Translations under genes and position numbers: made by a program
Shown: piece by piece, positions 15,705 to 26,879 of the stretch
How the letters are laid out: the number at the start of each line of letters is the position of its first letter
Position numbering within the stretch: the first letter of the stretch is position 1
DNA from: Microbotryum violaceum
Lineage: Eukaryota
Direction of reading: 5' to 3'
Assembly (NCBI GenBank): GCA_001244265.2
Contig: CDLV01000008.1
Coordinates: forward strand, 1,674,001-1,738,000
DNA length: 64,000 nt
The notes under the pieces: generated by a model
What the model saw: the letters and a program-made list of their open reading frames with translations, nothing else
What the model was told of the DNA's origin: nothing
The model's database searches: none

Positions 15705-15738
15705 ACCAAACTCTGCTGACGACCAAACTCTGCTGACG
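15705..15738. repeat. 17-bp tandem duplication
   Basis: ACCAAACTCTGCTGACG x2. Confidence 0.9.
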
Positions 15739-18240
15739 CTGTTCTCTGCCGTCTTGCACTCGGGACGATCTTGGCTTGTTCACCAGTGTCACCCCATCAA
15801 CTCTCATCACGTGCGTAGCTGCTACTCAGCATCCGGGTGAGTCGGCTGGTCTGCCGATCGGCGAGGTCGGGTACTGACCGCCCGAACGGCTTCCATCCCC
15901 CATCCCCCTCCACTCATCATTCGCTAATGCCCAGCGTACGCCTGCATGAGGGTGAATAGGTCCGCACGCCGAACGTGCCTTGCAGGAACCCCAGCGCGAC
16001 GATCAACGATGTCGCAGTCGTGGCCCCTGTTGGCGCGTTTGCGAGTGACCGCCCAGCCATGGCGCGTCCCCTTGTTCGCGTTCTACACCGGTGCCGTGTC
16101 GGTCTACACGATCTGTGTGCGTTCGCGAGTCGGTACCTACGTGTTTGGTGTAAGACGTTCCCCAGACCCTGATCTGGCGTTCCTCCCCCCAAGACTGTAG
16201 GTTGTAGCGTTTGGCCGCGACTATAGGGATTTCCGAGCTGCGAAAGTGCGGGTTGATGCCGTGCGGGAGGCCGGGGAGATCGAGCGTGATCTGGATCGCT
16301 GGCAGCTGGCTGAGTTGGACGAAGAGAACGAGCAGGAACGAATGCGTCGATCGGCGTAGCGCGGGTGAACGGGTAGATGGATCACGGCGTGACCCAGTGA
16401 CCTAGTGACCAGTGACCAGGCCTGGCGACGAGGAGCCGAGCGGCCGCGCGGCCCAGCTTGCACCGGCAGCCCCCGCCTCACGTCGAGGCTGCGGCGTGGC
16501 ACCGACGCCGTTGCAACTGCGATCCACAGGAGTCAGCGGACGGTCGCAGTCATCACCGGGCAGGGTAGCAACCTCGTTAGAACTATAAAGTATATTGTGG
16601 TTTTGTTGAAACTTAGCGATGCGTTTCATACACAAAAAAAAATCCGAGAGATTCGGGTGACGAGTCGACAACGACTCTGAGAGACAGACGTACAGAAAAC
16701 TTGAATGTGAAACGTAAGTCGGAATGAAAACGGAAGACTGCTCGAGACTACTAGACTGGTCGGTGAACGTCCAACATTGCTCAGCGCTTAATTTTGGATG
16801 AAGACTCGATGATTTTGCCCAGGCCTATATCGACATAGCTGTACAAGACAGAGCTCGACTAACGAGATTGTAAAGCGAATCGGATGAAGGCCCAAGTGAG
16901 CAGATAATCGAAGAATTGGACGGCGCCAAACACGTCAGATGAGATCTTGTTCCCTCTTATCTTGCCTACCTGTCATGCATATTCGAGGTTATTGAGATCG
17001 GTGCCTCATGATCCAGAGATAATCTAAAAGATCTTCACAGATCCGGCGAGCGAACAAAGTCGAGCTTTTTCAGTGCATGAAAGCCGCCTCTGGCTCGTAA
17101 CATTCACACCTTGGACGAAGATGAAGCTGAGTCGGATAAAAGCGGGTCGACCAGAAAGCTAGCACAGCAACGTGCGAGGGCCCAAGAACCAGATATTCCG
17201 GTCGAGCCCTTCAAGCTGAGGTGCCCAGCGCAAAAACAATTTCCCGGCCTGTGATGGATGTCCTGCACGGACTGGGTTAGTAGAGGAATGTTGATGGACC
17301 CAGGAAGATTACAGAGGAGTATCAAAGATAGTGCTTTGCAGTGAATGATCGTGTGAGCACGAAATATACCGGCCAAACCGAGCTCATAGACGTCGGTCCA
17401 AGAAACGACGTCCTGAGGCTCATCCGGCAATTGAATGCGGTGAAAGGTGTTTTACTAGCCGTGAAAGATGACTTCATCGCCTCGTGCTCATCTACTGGCG
17501 TGTTCGCTTGCTATGCTTCTGACACCCAGAAAAACATACTTCTGGGACCAAGGCACTTGCACCTTTCGCCCGTTCACCGTTCACCTAGTGACCTAGCTAG
17601 GCACTGCTTGAATTGTCATTTCAACTCCAAGATGCCAGTCCATGTTATTCCGACAGAGAAAACAATTTAGCTTCGGGTAAACCACCACATAAACAGGTGA
17701 TTCTAATAACACCTTACTATTAAAGTACTGGCAGCGCCCCCGAGGCAGACTCCTCTTGAAGCCATCCTCGGACCTCCGAGTCCGAGTCGGACATCCTCCA
17801 CCAACCCTCTACAGCCGGCACCACGGCTATAGGGGCAGACGTCCTCGACAATGTTGTCCTTCCTACGGCTTCCCTCGGCTTCCCCTGCTCAGCACGAGCA
17901 AACCTGAACCTGCTGTGATGTACGCGGCGTGCGGTTGAACTTTCACTGCAGTGCTTTGTGGATCAGAACTTGAATACCGGCCACCACCCACTGCACAAAA
18001 GAGACGACGCTACTCACTCTTACAGCGCTAAGAAGCTCGGTTGCGCAAATAACGTTCAGACAAGTACTAGCAATAGTACTGGAAGGGCGACAAAATCTCT
18101 CGACTGCCGCGCTCTACTGCTCTATGCGCCACTCGATGCTCCCAGATGCTCAAGCCCACTGTGCTCCAGCGATCCAGCCAGCTACCACTGCCTGCTAGTG
18201 CCTACTCAAGCGCTTCAGAGCAACTGCCAGGACCCGGGAG

Positions 18241-18458
18241 AGCTCAGCCCAAGGTGCGTTTCGGAAAACCCTGTTTTCAGGCCGATTTGTACACCGAATA
18301 TCCCTAGCCAAGGGGTGTATGTATTCCGGTGTAAGACCAAATTATCAAGTTATGTTGAAAAAGTTACTCTACCATTAAAAATCACCTCATGTAGCATGTT
18401 ACAAAGCATAAATGGGCCCGAAAAGTACAAATCTCAGAGACGCACTTTGGGCTGAGCT
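18241..18458. mobile_element. MITE-like fold-back element (~220 bp)
   Basis: Imperfect ~50-bp terminal inverted repeat (AGCTCAGCCCAAGGTGCGTTTCGGA... / ...TCAGAGACGCACTTTGGGCTGAGCT) around an AT-richer core; no clear TSD. Confidence 0.45.
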
Positions 18459-19166
18459 AGGCTGAGCCAGGCTGATCTCTGTTCAGCTTTAGCGGTAAGA
18501 GTTCCGCGCTCAAGCTCAAGAGAGTCGACTCCATTGTAAGAGCGCAATGCGAACCGAAATAGCTGGGATGGAGTCAGATTTGCAGCATAAGAACCAGGCA
18601 TCCCGTAACAAACGGGATGGGTTGAAAATCTACCCACGAGAGACCATAGATAAGAAAGTAAAGGAAAGAAATAGACCAACAAGGCTGTTTTTGTATTTAT
18701 TTATTTTGAAGGGTGGGTGGGAGGAGACGAAGATAGAACGACTATGCTTGTAAAGCGCGATTCTATTAGTACTCGGAATACTGCAAAGACTCTGAGGACT
18801 ATGGCATACCTATGCTTGTAAAGCGTGTCGCTTGGAGACAAGAAGACAGCAAACGAAAACAGACCTCGGACGCTGGTACGTCGAGGTTGGGTCTGTGTAG
18901 CAAGGTAGCCAAGTCAGTCAACGTGTCCAACAAGGACAGTCGAAAGCAGGAGTACCCTAAGGTAGAGCCTGAAAGGGGGTGATGTACCTCGGCTCTTTGA
19001 GCGAGACGCAGGCGAACAGGAGAGAGGCGCAGCACTGGCAGGTGCAGGCAAAGGGAAAACAGACCTCGGACGCTGGCACGTCGAGGGTGGATCTGTGTAG
19101 CAGGGTAGCCAAGTCAGTCAACGTGTCCAACAAGGACAGTCGAGAGTAGGAGTACCCTAAGATAGA

Positions 19167-19983
19167 TAAATAGAAATAGAAGCTCCAACTTCAAAAGTTG
19201 TTAAACTTCATGCCAAACATAAAGTAAGTCCTATCACATAAAAAGCAATAAACCTATCAGATAATAACTTAACTTTATGTAAAAAATGAATAAGGTAAAG
19301 TGCGCCACTTAACTTCATTCTCTCGCCTCGCGCGCTTCCTCGCGGCTTATTTTCGAAATAAAAACAGAAAAACAGAAATAAGAATGGGCGCCATATTAAT
19401 TTGTAAATAAAGATAATTTAAATTATATCGGTAAAGAACCTGGTCCTGAATATTATAATGATCCTAGTGACTATAGTAATAAGAAAGTATGAAATCTTAA
19501 GGAGCTGAAAGATCTATGTTGGAATACATTCAATCTGTTTTAAAATTGGACGAGTAACGTACTATCTAAATATAAAAATCATCTAAAAGAGAAGTTAAGT
19601 TATTTTGAGTAGTACCAATTTATTTACAGTAAATCTCCTCAACCAACTAGGAAACTACCCAATTACAAGTCACTTGTTTCCCTTTTTCAGCCCCAGCTTT
19701 TTCTAGTTAGCCTTTTTTTTTGACCTGTCGTTTTTGCTCTCTCGCAGCCCGCTTATTATTTTATATTTTTATATTTTTATATTTATTTTTACTCTCTCGC
19801 AGCGCTTATTTTCACTCCTTTTTAGTCTTTATTTATTTTTTCTGTTTTTCTGTTTTTATTTTTATTTATTTTTGCAAAATAAAAATAAAAAGGAAAAAGA
19901 AAAGCGACTGGACAAAAAGTAAAAATAAAAAGCTGGTTTTTGTCTAAAAAAAGAAAATAAAGCGCGCTGCGGGAAAACTAAAG
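19167..19983. other. Probable NUMT (mitochondrial or mitochondrial-plasmid DNA insertion)
   Basis: Abruptly AT-rich ~820 bp splitting a repeat whose empty site is visible at 18951-18975; reading frames use TGA as Trp; small GC clusters (CTCTCGC..GCTTATT) among poly-A/T tracts. Confidence 0.75.
19391..19516 (+). pseudogene. dpoB: Fragment of protein-primed family B DNA polymerase (fungal linear mitochondrial plasmid type)
   Basis: Code-4 translation PY*FVNKDNLNYIGKEPGPEYYNDPSDYSNKKVWNLKE resembles the FPYxFVNxxNLNYIGxxP..YY..WxLK segment of plasmid-type PolB. Confidence 0.65.
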
Positions 19984-20411
19984 AGAGCCTGAAGGTGGGT
20001 GATGTACCTCGGCTCTTTGAGCGAGACGCAGTCGAACCCGAAAGAGGCGCAGCACTGGCAGGTGCGAGCGGACGGCTGCATACAAAGTATGGAGCGTCAG
20101 TCAACCATCCAACAAGGAGTGTTGAAAAAGAGAGGCGTAGACAGTGGCAGCTGTTCGTCGTCAACTGGTAAGGCAGAAGACTGGAAGGCGGAAGCTGTAC
20201 GGTATCGCTGGGGGGGTCCTGTGAGAAGCTCGGAACCTGTCAGCCAATTGGCGGCAGGAAGAGTTCAAGAAAGACCACTGACCTTGGTAGTAGGTGGCAG
20301 AGCTACACAGCGATACTGGTACGGCAACGGCAAGCAGTGGGAACTGAAAGGTGCGGCAGGAGCTGGCTTGGTAAACTCTTGCGCAAGTGCGGCTTACAGA
20401 CCAAGGCTCGA

Positions 20412-20545
20412 GGCAGGCGTGCGGCGCACAGCTTATTGCAGGAAGGGCAGGCGTGCGGCGCACGGCTTATTGCAAGAGGGGCAGCGTGCGGCGCACGGCT
20501 TATTGCAAGAGAGGCAGGCGTGCGAGCACGGCTTACTGCAAGGAG
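20412..20545 (+). repeat. Minisatellite, 4 x ~33 bp, within family A
   Basis: GGCAGGCGTGCGGCGCACGGCTTATTGCAAGAG-like units; two units in the other copy at ~26955-27015 (minus). Confidence 0.85.
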
Positions 20546-23271
20546 GGTAGAGGTCGCGCGCGCTTGAGTCCTCGGCGTCAAACTCTTGCAGCAAAAGCAG
20601 AAAAGACCAAGCGCGCATCTGTGCATCACCCCACTGGTCTCCGCACCCTTCCGCACCAGCCTTCCTAGCCTCTCCGGAGCGCTCAGCGCCTCCAAGCTAG
20701 GCTTCGCTCTTCACTGATCGCGTCGTCTGGATCCTGTTACGATCGTGCTGCTCCTCTCGGTGACCCTCTAGTCGAATCTCACCTTGCTCAAGGCTGCACT
20801 CGATCTACCTCGCAATTGCCTGCGAGTCGACCTCCCGACGACCCGCACAGCATCACGCGTCTGCCGCGGGAAAAAAACGACTCGACGATTCCTAGCGGCC
20901 ACGCGCCCTTCCTCGAGCCAGTCTGAGTACGCTCGACTAGTTGTTGACGTTCTCACATCGCTCCCCTACTCGTTCAAGTGGTCTCCGCGATTCACCTCTG
21001 TACGACCCTTCGTCTGTCTTTCAGGAGTGTCCTAGTTGGGCGCGCCCAAACTAACACGTAGCACCCTATAGGATACCCTTCGCCGAGACTGCCAACCATC
21101 AAATCTTCTATTTGACGCTTGCGCTACGCCTCGCAAAGGTATGCCATATCACTACGCTGGGGCTACTGTCTTTGTCTTAGTTGCTCTGTCTTACTGAATC
21201 TCCATCGCGCTACGCCTCGCAAAGCGATCCTTCGTCCTTGAACCTTCCCGCCCTCCTTCCCTTTCACTTTTCTTTTTCTTTTTCTTTTGATTTATTATTT
21301 TCACTAAGGCCGTCCGTGTTAGTTACACTACGGTCCTTTCGCTTTTCTCTCAAGCCCTGCTGCAACTACAAGACATCCTTCGCTCGCTAAACAAATGCAC
21401 AGCGCAAGCGGTATCAGGAGAGCTGAGCTTTCCCGGGTCCGGCGCTGGCCCCTCTTGCCCCCCTACTGCGATACTGCTCCTTGCTGCTCCTGCCCAGTCC
21501 CGCCTCGCCCTCATGCAACTCTTTCTCCTCCCCGTCGCCCGCTGACGTCTTTCCCACCGCACCGCACTTGCACTTTCGGTCTGCCGTCATGTCCCGGACA
21601 TTTCCACGCAGGACCAGAACAACCGTCTCCCGAAGACTCTTAACGAAGGCGACGTCCCGATAGGGAGGCGCGCCCCATTTAGAAGGCGCGATGAGGCCGG
21701 CCGCCTCGGCACGTGCGCCGCTACTCGGTAGCGTTGTATGAAGATGTAAGCGTTTCGTTCTTCGATTGTTATCCTAGCCTTTCTGCGTGTCTTGAAGCCG
21801 CGCTCACGTCTCTTCCTGCACGGTGCGTCAGGTCCTTCGTTCCCGCGGCGGCTTGACGCCATCTCCGCGTCGCATCCGTAGAGTGGACCTTGGAAGTCGT
21901 ACAAGATGACGGCTGAAGGCGGGCCCAAAGAGGCGCCCGACCGAACGTGGTCCCGGAATGAAGGGGTTATTCCTCTGATACCATTCGGGCCACGTAGAGG
22001 GTCGAGCCGACGGCCCGAGCGGATTTGGCCTGGCCGCCTCGCGGATTCGCGATCTGACGGAGCAAAGGTGTGCATACATCGTGAGCCATACCCCATGTGC
22101 TCTGTTGTGTGATGATAGCTAACGCATCCGCGCTTTTCTCTTCCTGGTTGCAGTATTGTAGCTCTGGGTAGGCCTTGGTGATTTGGTTGGTTGGGGGTGA
22201 TTCGACGCTAGTGTCGTATCACGTTGGTAGGGAACGTGTCCTTCGGTGTATTACAGTTCAACTTCCTCTAGCTTTATACGGCTTGGTTCTGAAAGAAAGG
22301 GTCGCCTCAACTGCCTTAATTCTTCGTCCGCCTTATCCACTCATACACTTACAAGTCAAAGAGCCTGACGATGCGACGGAGGCCGCGGGTGCGCCGGCGT
22401 TCGGCACCGGCGGGCCCAAGGAGGCGCGATGCTGGCTTCGGTGAGGGTAGAGAGTGCGTGCAAGCCTGAGCTCGGAGCTGGACTCGGACGTGACTGAATC
22501 TGGGTGTGGGTTGCACCATTGTCCGCGCAGCTATGACCGGGACCTCTGCGTCGGCGAGTGCAGGATTTGCGGCGCAGTTTTTGGCCACATCGAGGTTCGA
22601 CCGGGATGTGGGACGATCGGCGCGAAGACGGGGAAGTGTGGATCTGCATCAAGACCGCCGACGCCCCTCACATGATGTCCCACGTGTCGCCATGACTGTG
22701 ATTTCCACATGCTCAAGACGGGAAGATGACGGACCGAACCATCTCGGACCACGCCCGGAATTCAGCACGAAGTCGGGCCACGAGCTGCCCCTTGTTCGGC
22801 GAGCGCCTACGGCGAGAAGGTTGTCAATCTGGTCGCGCCAGAGGTCCAAGTGACCCTGTTTGAGGTTGGAAGCCGCACGCGGACGCCTCGATCGACCGCG
22901 GCGGCTCGTCTTCGTTCCCCCCTTCCCCTTCATTCGCATGAAGCAGCGACATCTCGCTCGTCAACACGAGTGACACCCGACCCCTGTAAGTACATGCGTG
23001 CCTCTTGAGAACCCAGTGCCTGTGACGCCTACACACGGCCAAATGACGTGTGAGGTGGCCTACCTCGAGCTTCGGGCCCCGTTTTGACGTGGAGCTCGAG
23101 GCTCTTCGACCTTGGCGTGGACTATCCATCATAAGTTGGCTCGTCACTCGTGCGCCTGTCAACACTGTACCCGCTGCACCGAAAACTGTCTCTCGACTCC
23201 TCCGTCGATGCCATGTATTGACGACCCTGCATCTGCTGCTCCGTGCGTTCGACCGCTAGCAGCTTCTTCGT

Positions 23272-23607
23272 CGTCACTCCCACCCACCACCCCACCAATC
23301 CCCTCCTCGACATGTTGGTCCACATCGTTAAGCGTTTCCTAAGGCCCATCACAAAGTATGTTCCTTTCTTTGTGTCCTCAACGGTAGCAGAGTGGAGCGC
23401 CGTTGCCATTCACGGCCATGGTGACAGCTGGCAAGCCCTGCGGCCCTGCGGTCGTTTCGGACGCCGCTCCACTCTGCTACCGTTGAGGACACAAAGAAAG
23501 GAACATAATTTGTGGTGGGCCTTAGGGAACGCTTAACGATGTGGACGAACATGTCGAGGAGGGGATTGGTGGGGTGGTGGGTGGTGGGTGGTGGGGTGGG
23601 AGTGACG
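23272..23607. repeat. Long inverted repeat 1 (arms 23272-23399 and 23465-23607, 65-nt spacer)
   Basis: Arms reverse-complementary with 4 substitutions and an expanded CCCACCA run in the right arm. Confidence 0.95.
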
Positions 23608-23932
23608 GGCGATCGAGGTCTCAGCGGAGACTTTGGCGAGGGTCCGAGTCGAGTCCCTCGAAGCAGGGTGTCCTTCTTTGAGAGTGCACGGTACCTTACC
23701 CGCTGGCCTCTTCCTTGAAAGCGGTCGAGAAGGCGCTGAATAGAAAGTTGTCAGTTACTGTCGTGCAGCAGGATAGGCATGTCAGCCAACACTTCCCTAT
23801 TCAGCGCCTTCTCGACCGCTTTCAAGGAAGAGGCCAGCGGGTAAGGTACCGTGCACTCTCAAAGAAGGACACCCTGCTTCGAAGGACTCGACTCGGACCC
23901 TCGCCAAAGTCTCCGCTGAGACCTCGATCGCC
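23608..23932. repeat. Long inverted repeat 2 (arms 23608-23743 and 23797-23932, 53-nt spacer)
   Basis: 136-bp arms reverse-complementary with a single mismatch. Confidence 0.95.
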
Positions 23933-24730
23933 GGCCTGGGGATCAGTGTGACAGGGCCCTGGTGAACGGTGAGCGATGGGTATGAATCCCGGTTGCGCTC
24001 GCCACATCCCGCTGACGTACGTGATCGGCCACTGCCAGGAGAAGAAAACCCTATCAATGGTCGGAAACAGGAAAGGGGAGTTGGCGAGGATCAGGCGCGT
24101 GCTGGAGGTCGAAATTCTCCCAAGCTTCAAGAAGATCGACGAAGTGATCCAGAAGCAAGCCGAAGCGTAAGAGCGCGTCGAAGGGATGCTTGAACCAGCT
24201 CTCGAAAGGTAAGTAGAGGGCAGAGGTAGGCATGCGCCACAGACCCCTTTAGTGGAGGCACGCCGAGCGTCTGTCAGGTATCGCTCCCGTGGCTGATTAG
24301 AACCTCTCTTCCTGGATTGAAAGCCCGCTGCGTGAGAATGATGGGAGGCGAGGAGCGGCTCATCTGAAAGCGAGTTGGACAGGGTGATCCTCAGCTGTAC
24401 GGGAGCTTTCGAGCTTGTTGGGCTGTTGTAATCGTATACTGTTGTTGCCGATCACCCCTTTCGCGTCCGAGCGAAGAATCTCACTTGGGTCGACCTCGGA
24501 TCGTCGTGATCGGCCACTGCCGCAGGAAAAGCACACCGTCTTGATGGCTGAAAAGGTGGTAGGCAGCAAGTCCAAGGTGGAAGTGTGAGGGAGAGAAGTA
24601 GTTGTAGAGGTGAAAGCAAGGGATGAAGGGGAAGGTGATTCGAGGTGGAAGCGAACGCAGCAACGAAGAATAACGAAGCACACAGAGAAAGGTGAGGCCA
24701 GTGAGGGGCGTTCACGCGCGATGAGAGGGA

Positions 24731-24748
24731 GGGGGGGGGGGGGGGGGG
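24731..24748 (+). repeat. G18 homopolymer
   Basis: Directly visible. Confidence 0.9.
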
Positions 24749-25927
24749 CCTTGGCGCGAGTCACTTGCTTGATCAGCGCCAATGACGCCAGCCCGCGCCG
24801 CGGCCGCTCGGCATCGCAGCTCCCCGGCGCTGCGGTCTTCCGAAAGGAGACCCCTCAGTCACCGTCACCCGAGGTTAGCGAGGTCACTCTGACCCGCTTC
24901 GACCTGATTTGTAGTAGCAGCGATGATCAACAGAGTGTTCTTGATGCTCGTAAAATGACACTCGTAGTTTACTGCGTCTTCTCGTACTACTCTGAGCTCG
25001 AACGACCCATTACTTGACGTGCCCCTCCATGGTAAGGAGTCATCCCGAGCGGTCAGGTCGAGCGGGTGAACCAGGAGCGCGCCGTCACGCGCAACTAGTA
25101 TTAGATCACGTCTGACACGACGAACACCTCCCGCTCGCGTACTACCGTCTCACTTCCTCATCTCGAAGGTCTGGTTCAATCCCTCACTTGGACGTTCAGG
25201 CATGACAACAACGCATGGCCGCAAACTGTTCGACCAAGAACTCGGTACAGTTCCGGAAGCCCTCTTGCAGGCAACCTCACCCAGGAGGTCGAATCCTGCG
25301 GGTTCGGCCATGAGATGTCCACACAAGCCGTCGGGACACTCCGGTTCATTTTGCATCGATTCGGTCTGTTGAAAATGATGTTCATTGGGCTTGTCAAGCA
25401 AATCTCCGGGCTTCCCATTCCGTCCGTCTGAGTGACTCGTCGGCCTCGGCGTGATCAAGCGAAGTCCGAACAAAGAAAGATCTCCTCTCCCATTGGGGCC
25501 GGCGCGCTCGCACTCGGAACCTGGAAGAAAAAAAGGTTCCTCGGGCCATGTCAAACCGCGCAATGTCTCCTCTGGTAGAATTCAATGATTTTGAAAGCGT
25601 ATCGTTGCACATCGATGCAACGTCGTGCACAGGCAGCTGACGGTGCCGCCTCCTCCTCGGGCGCGCCTTGTCGACTTTCAAATCATCATAAGTCTTGCAG
25701 CACATATCGTATCATGTTCTTCTTGCCAGTTCAACCTAGAAATACATATATGCTTATCATACGACATCGTCATGTATTGACTTATAATCAAGTGTCCGCA
25801 CATGTGCGGACATGTGTCGCGGCCGCACTGGCCCCACCCCCACTCGGTGCGAAACCGGCTCAGCTCGCGGGTCCAGTCGCCGTCGCTGGCACCCGTCCGG
25901 CGTCCGGCCTCAGGCTGTCGCCCCTAC

Positions 25928-25957
25928 ATACGTGTGCATACGTGTGCATACGTGTGT
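25928..25957. repeat. 10-bp tandem repeat (CATACGTGTG x ~3)
   Basis: Directly visible; lies in an alternating purine/pyrimidine tract. Confidence 0.8.
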
Positions 25958-26879
25958 ATGCATGTGCACATTGATGCATACCCATGTGTAATCGTATTTT
26001 CTCTCAGTTAAATATATCTGCACGACATTGCATAGCTATGCGCCTTTGTGCACGCTCGATCGAATCAACCTCCCGCAACCTGCTTCGTTGCGAAATCCCT
26101 TCAACCTTCGCCACCCTCGGCCACCGCCGAGTGCACGTCGATTTGAGGTGGAGTAAGAGCAGGGCGCGGACCACAATCCATGAGGATTGATTGTTGGGAT
26201 AGTACCCGGTATAAAGAGACGGCGACAGAGTGTGGATACCATAGGAACGTGCAAGCCTGGGGGCCATCATATGATAAGTACGTCCCCCGGCGGGGATGGA
26301 TGGGCTAAAATTGAAACCCGTCGGCACTTGGGTCACTACTGTTCCGAGCTTGACGATCCCCCCAGGTTCATTCATAGTAGCTGACCCCGAGTCCTTCACC
26401 CCGCTCACCTATTGACACGTGTTGGATCATAGATTCCAAACCTGCACCAGTGAATGTTTGGCGCCTGATGATATTTGCGAAGGTCACGAACACCCCGACA
26501 TGAACGGTACCGTTTGGCCATTGAGCGTAAATCGGCCCGGCGAGCTTTGATTTTGGCAGCCATGGCAGCGAATCGTTGTGACTTTTCCGGAGCGTTACCA
26601 TCATGTTCATCATTTCGAGCTGTTGAGCTGGAGTGAGTGGAGCTTGAGGTTGAGGTTTCTAAGAAGAGTCGGGCGCGAGTCCCACCACGCGCTCGAAATC
26701 GAGTAAAGCCTCGGAGGCTCCGGGCGGACAAAGTCAAACATCTTCGGAGCAGGCTGAGATGAAGTTGGATTCAGTCCATACTCCTTCGCCACACTCTGAA
26801 TGCACACCTGTGCGCATCGATGCATAGCGATAAACCCCTATGTACCGGCGTGCAGTCTCGGCGCCGTCGTCTGCGAACC

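Larger units (their letters stand above)
18695..20610 (+). mobile_element. Unclassified dispersed repeat 'family A', copy 1 (diverged; internal 200-bp tandem duplication; interrupted by AT-rich insert)
   Basis: Colinear similarity with the reverse complement of 26880-27047 plus 28176-28860, and with 60904-61353 (shared TGGCATACC, GGTAGCCAAGT, CAACAAGGACAG, GTGATGTACCT, GCTCGGAACCTGTCAGCCA); unit 18855-19054 repeats from 19055. Confidence 0.8.

Noticed and set aside
15917-17700. Short ORFs and GTGACC repeats as a possible Helitron or transposase relic
   Set aside because: No motif I could support
18598-18634. 8-bp stem hairpin CATCCCGT-AACAA-ACGGGATG as a Helitron 3' end
   Set aside because: Followed by CTAC rather than CTRR, and no matching 5' TC end identified
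20412-20545. ~33-bp repeats as a CRISPR-like array
   Set aside because: Head-to-tail units without unique spacers, eukaryotic context, no cas genes
26004-26830. IQSVAKEYGLNPTS as a pogo/CENP-B HTH, and neighbouring ORFs as a gene
   Set aside because: Too short; no DDE domain or consistent frame follows
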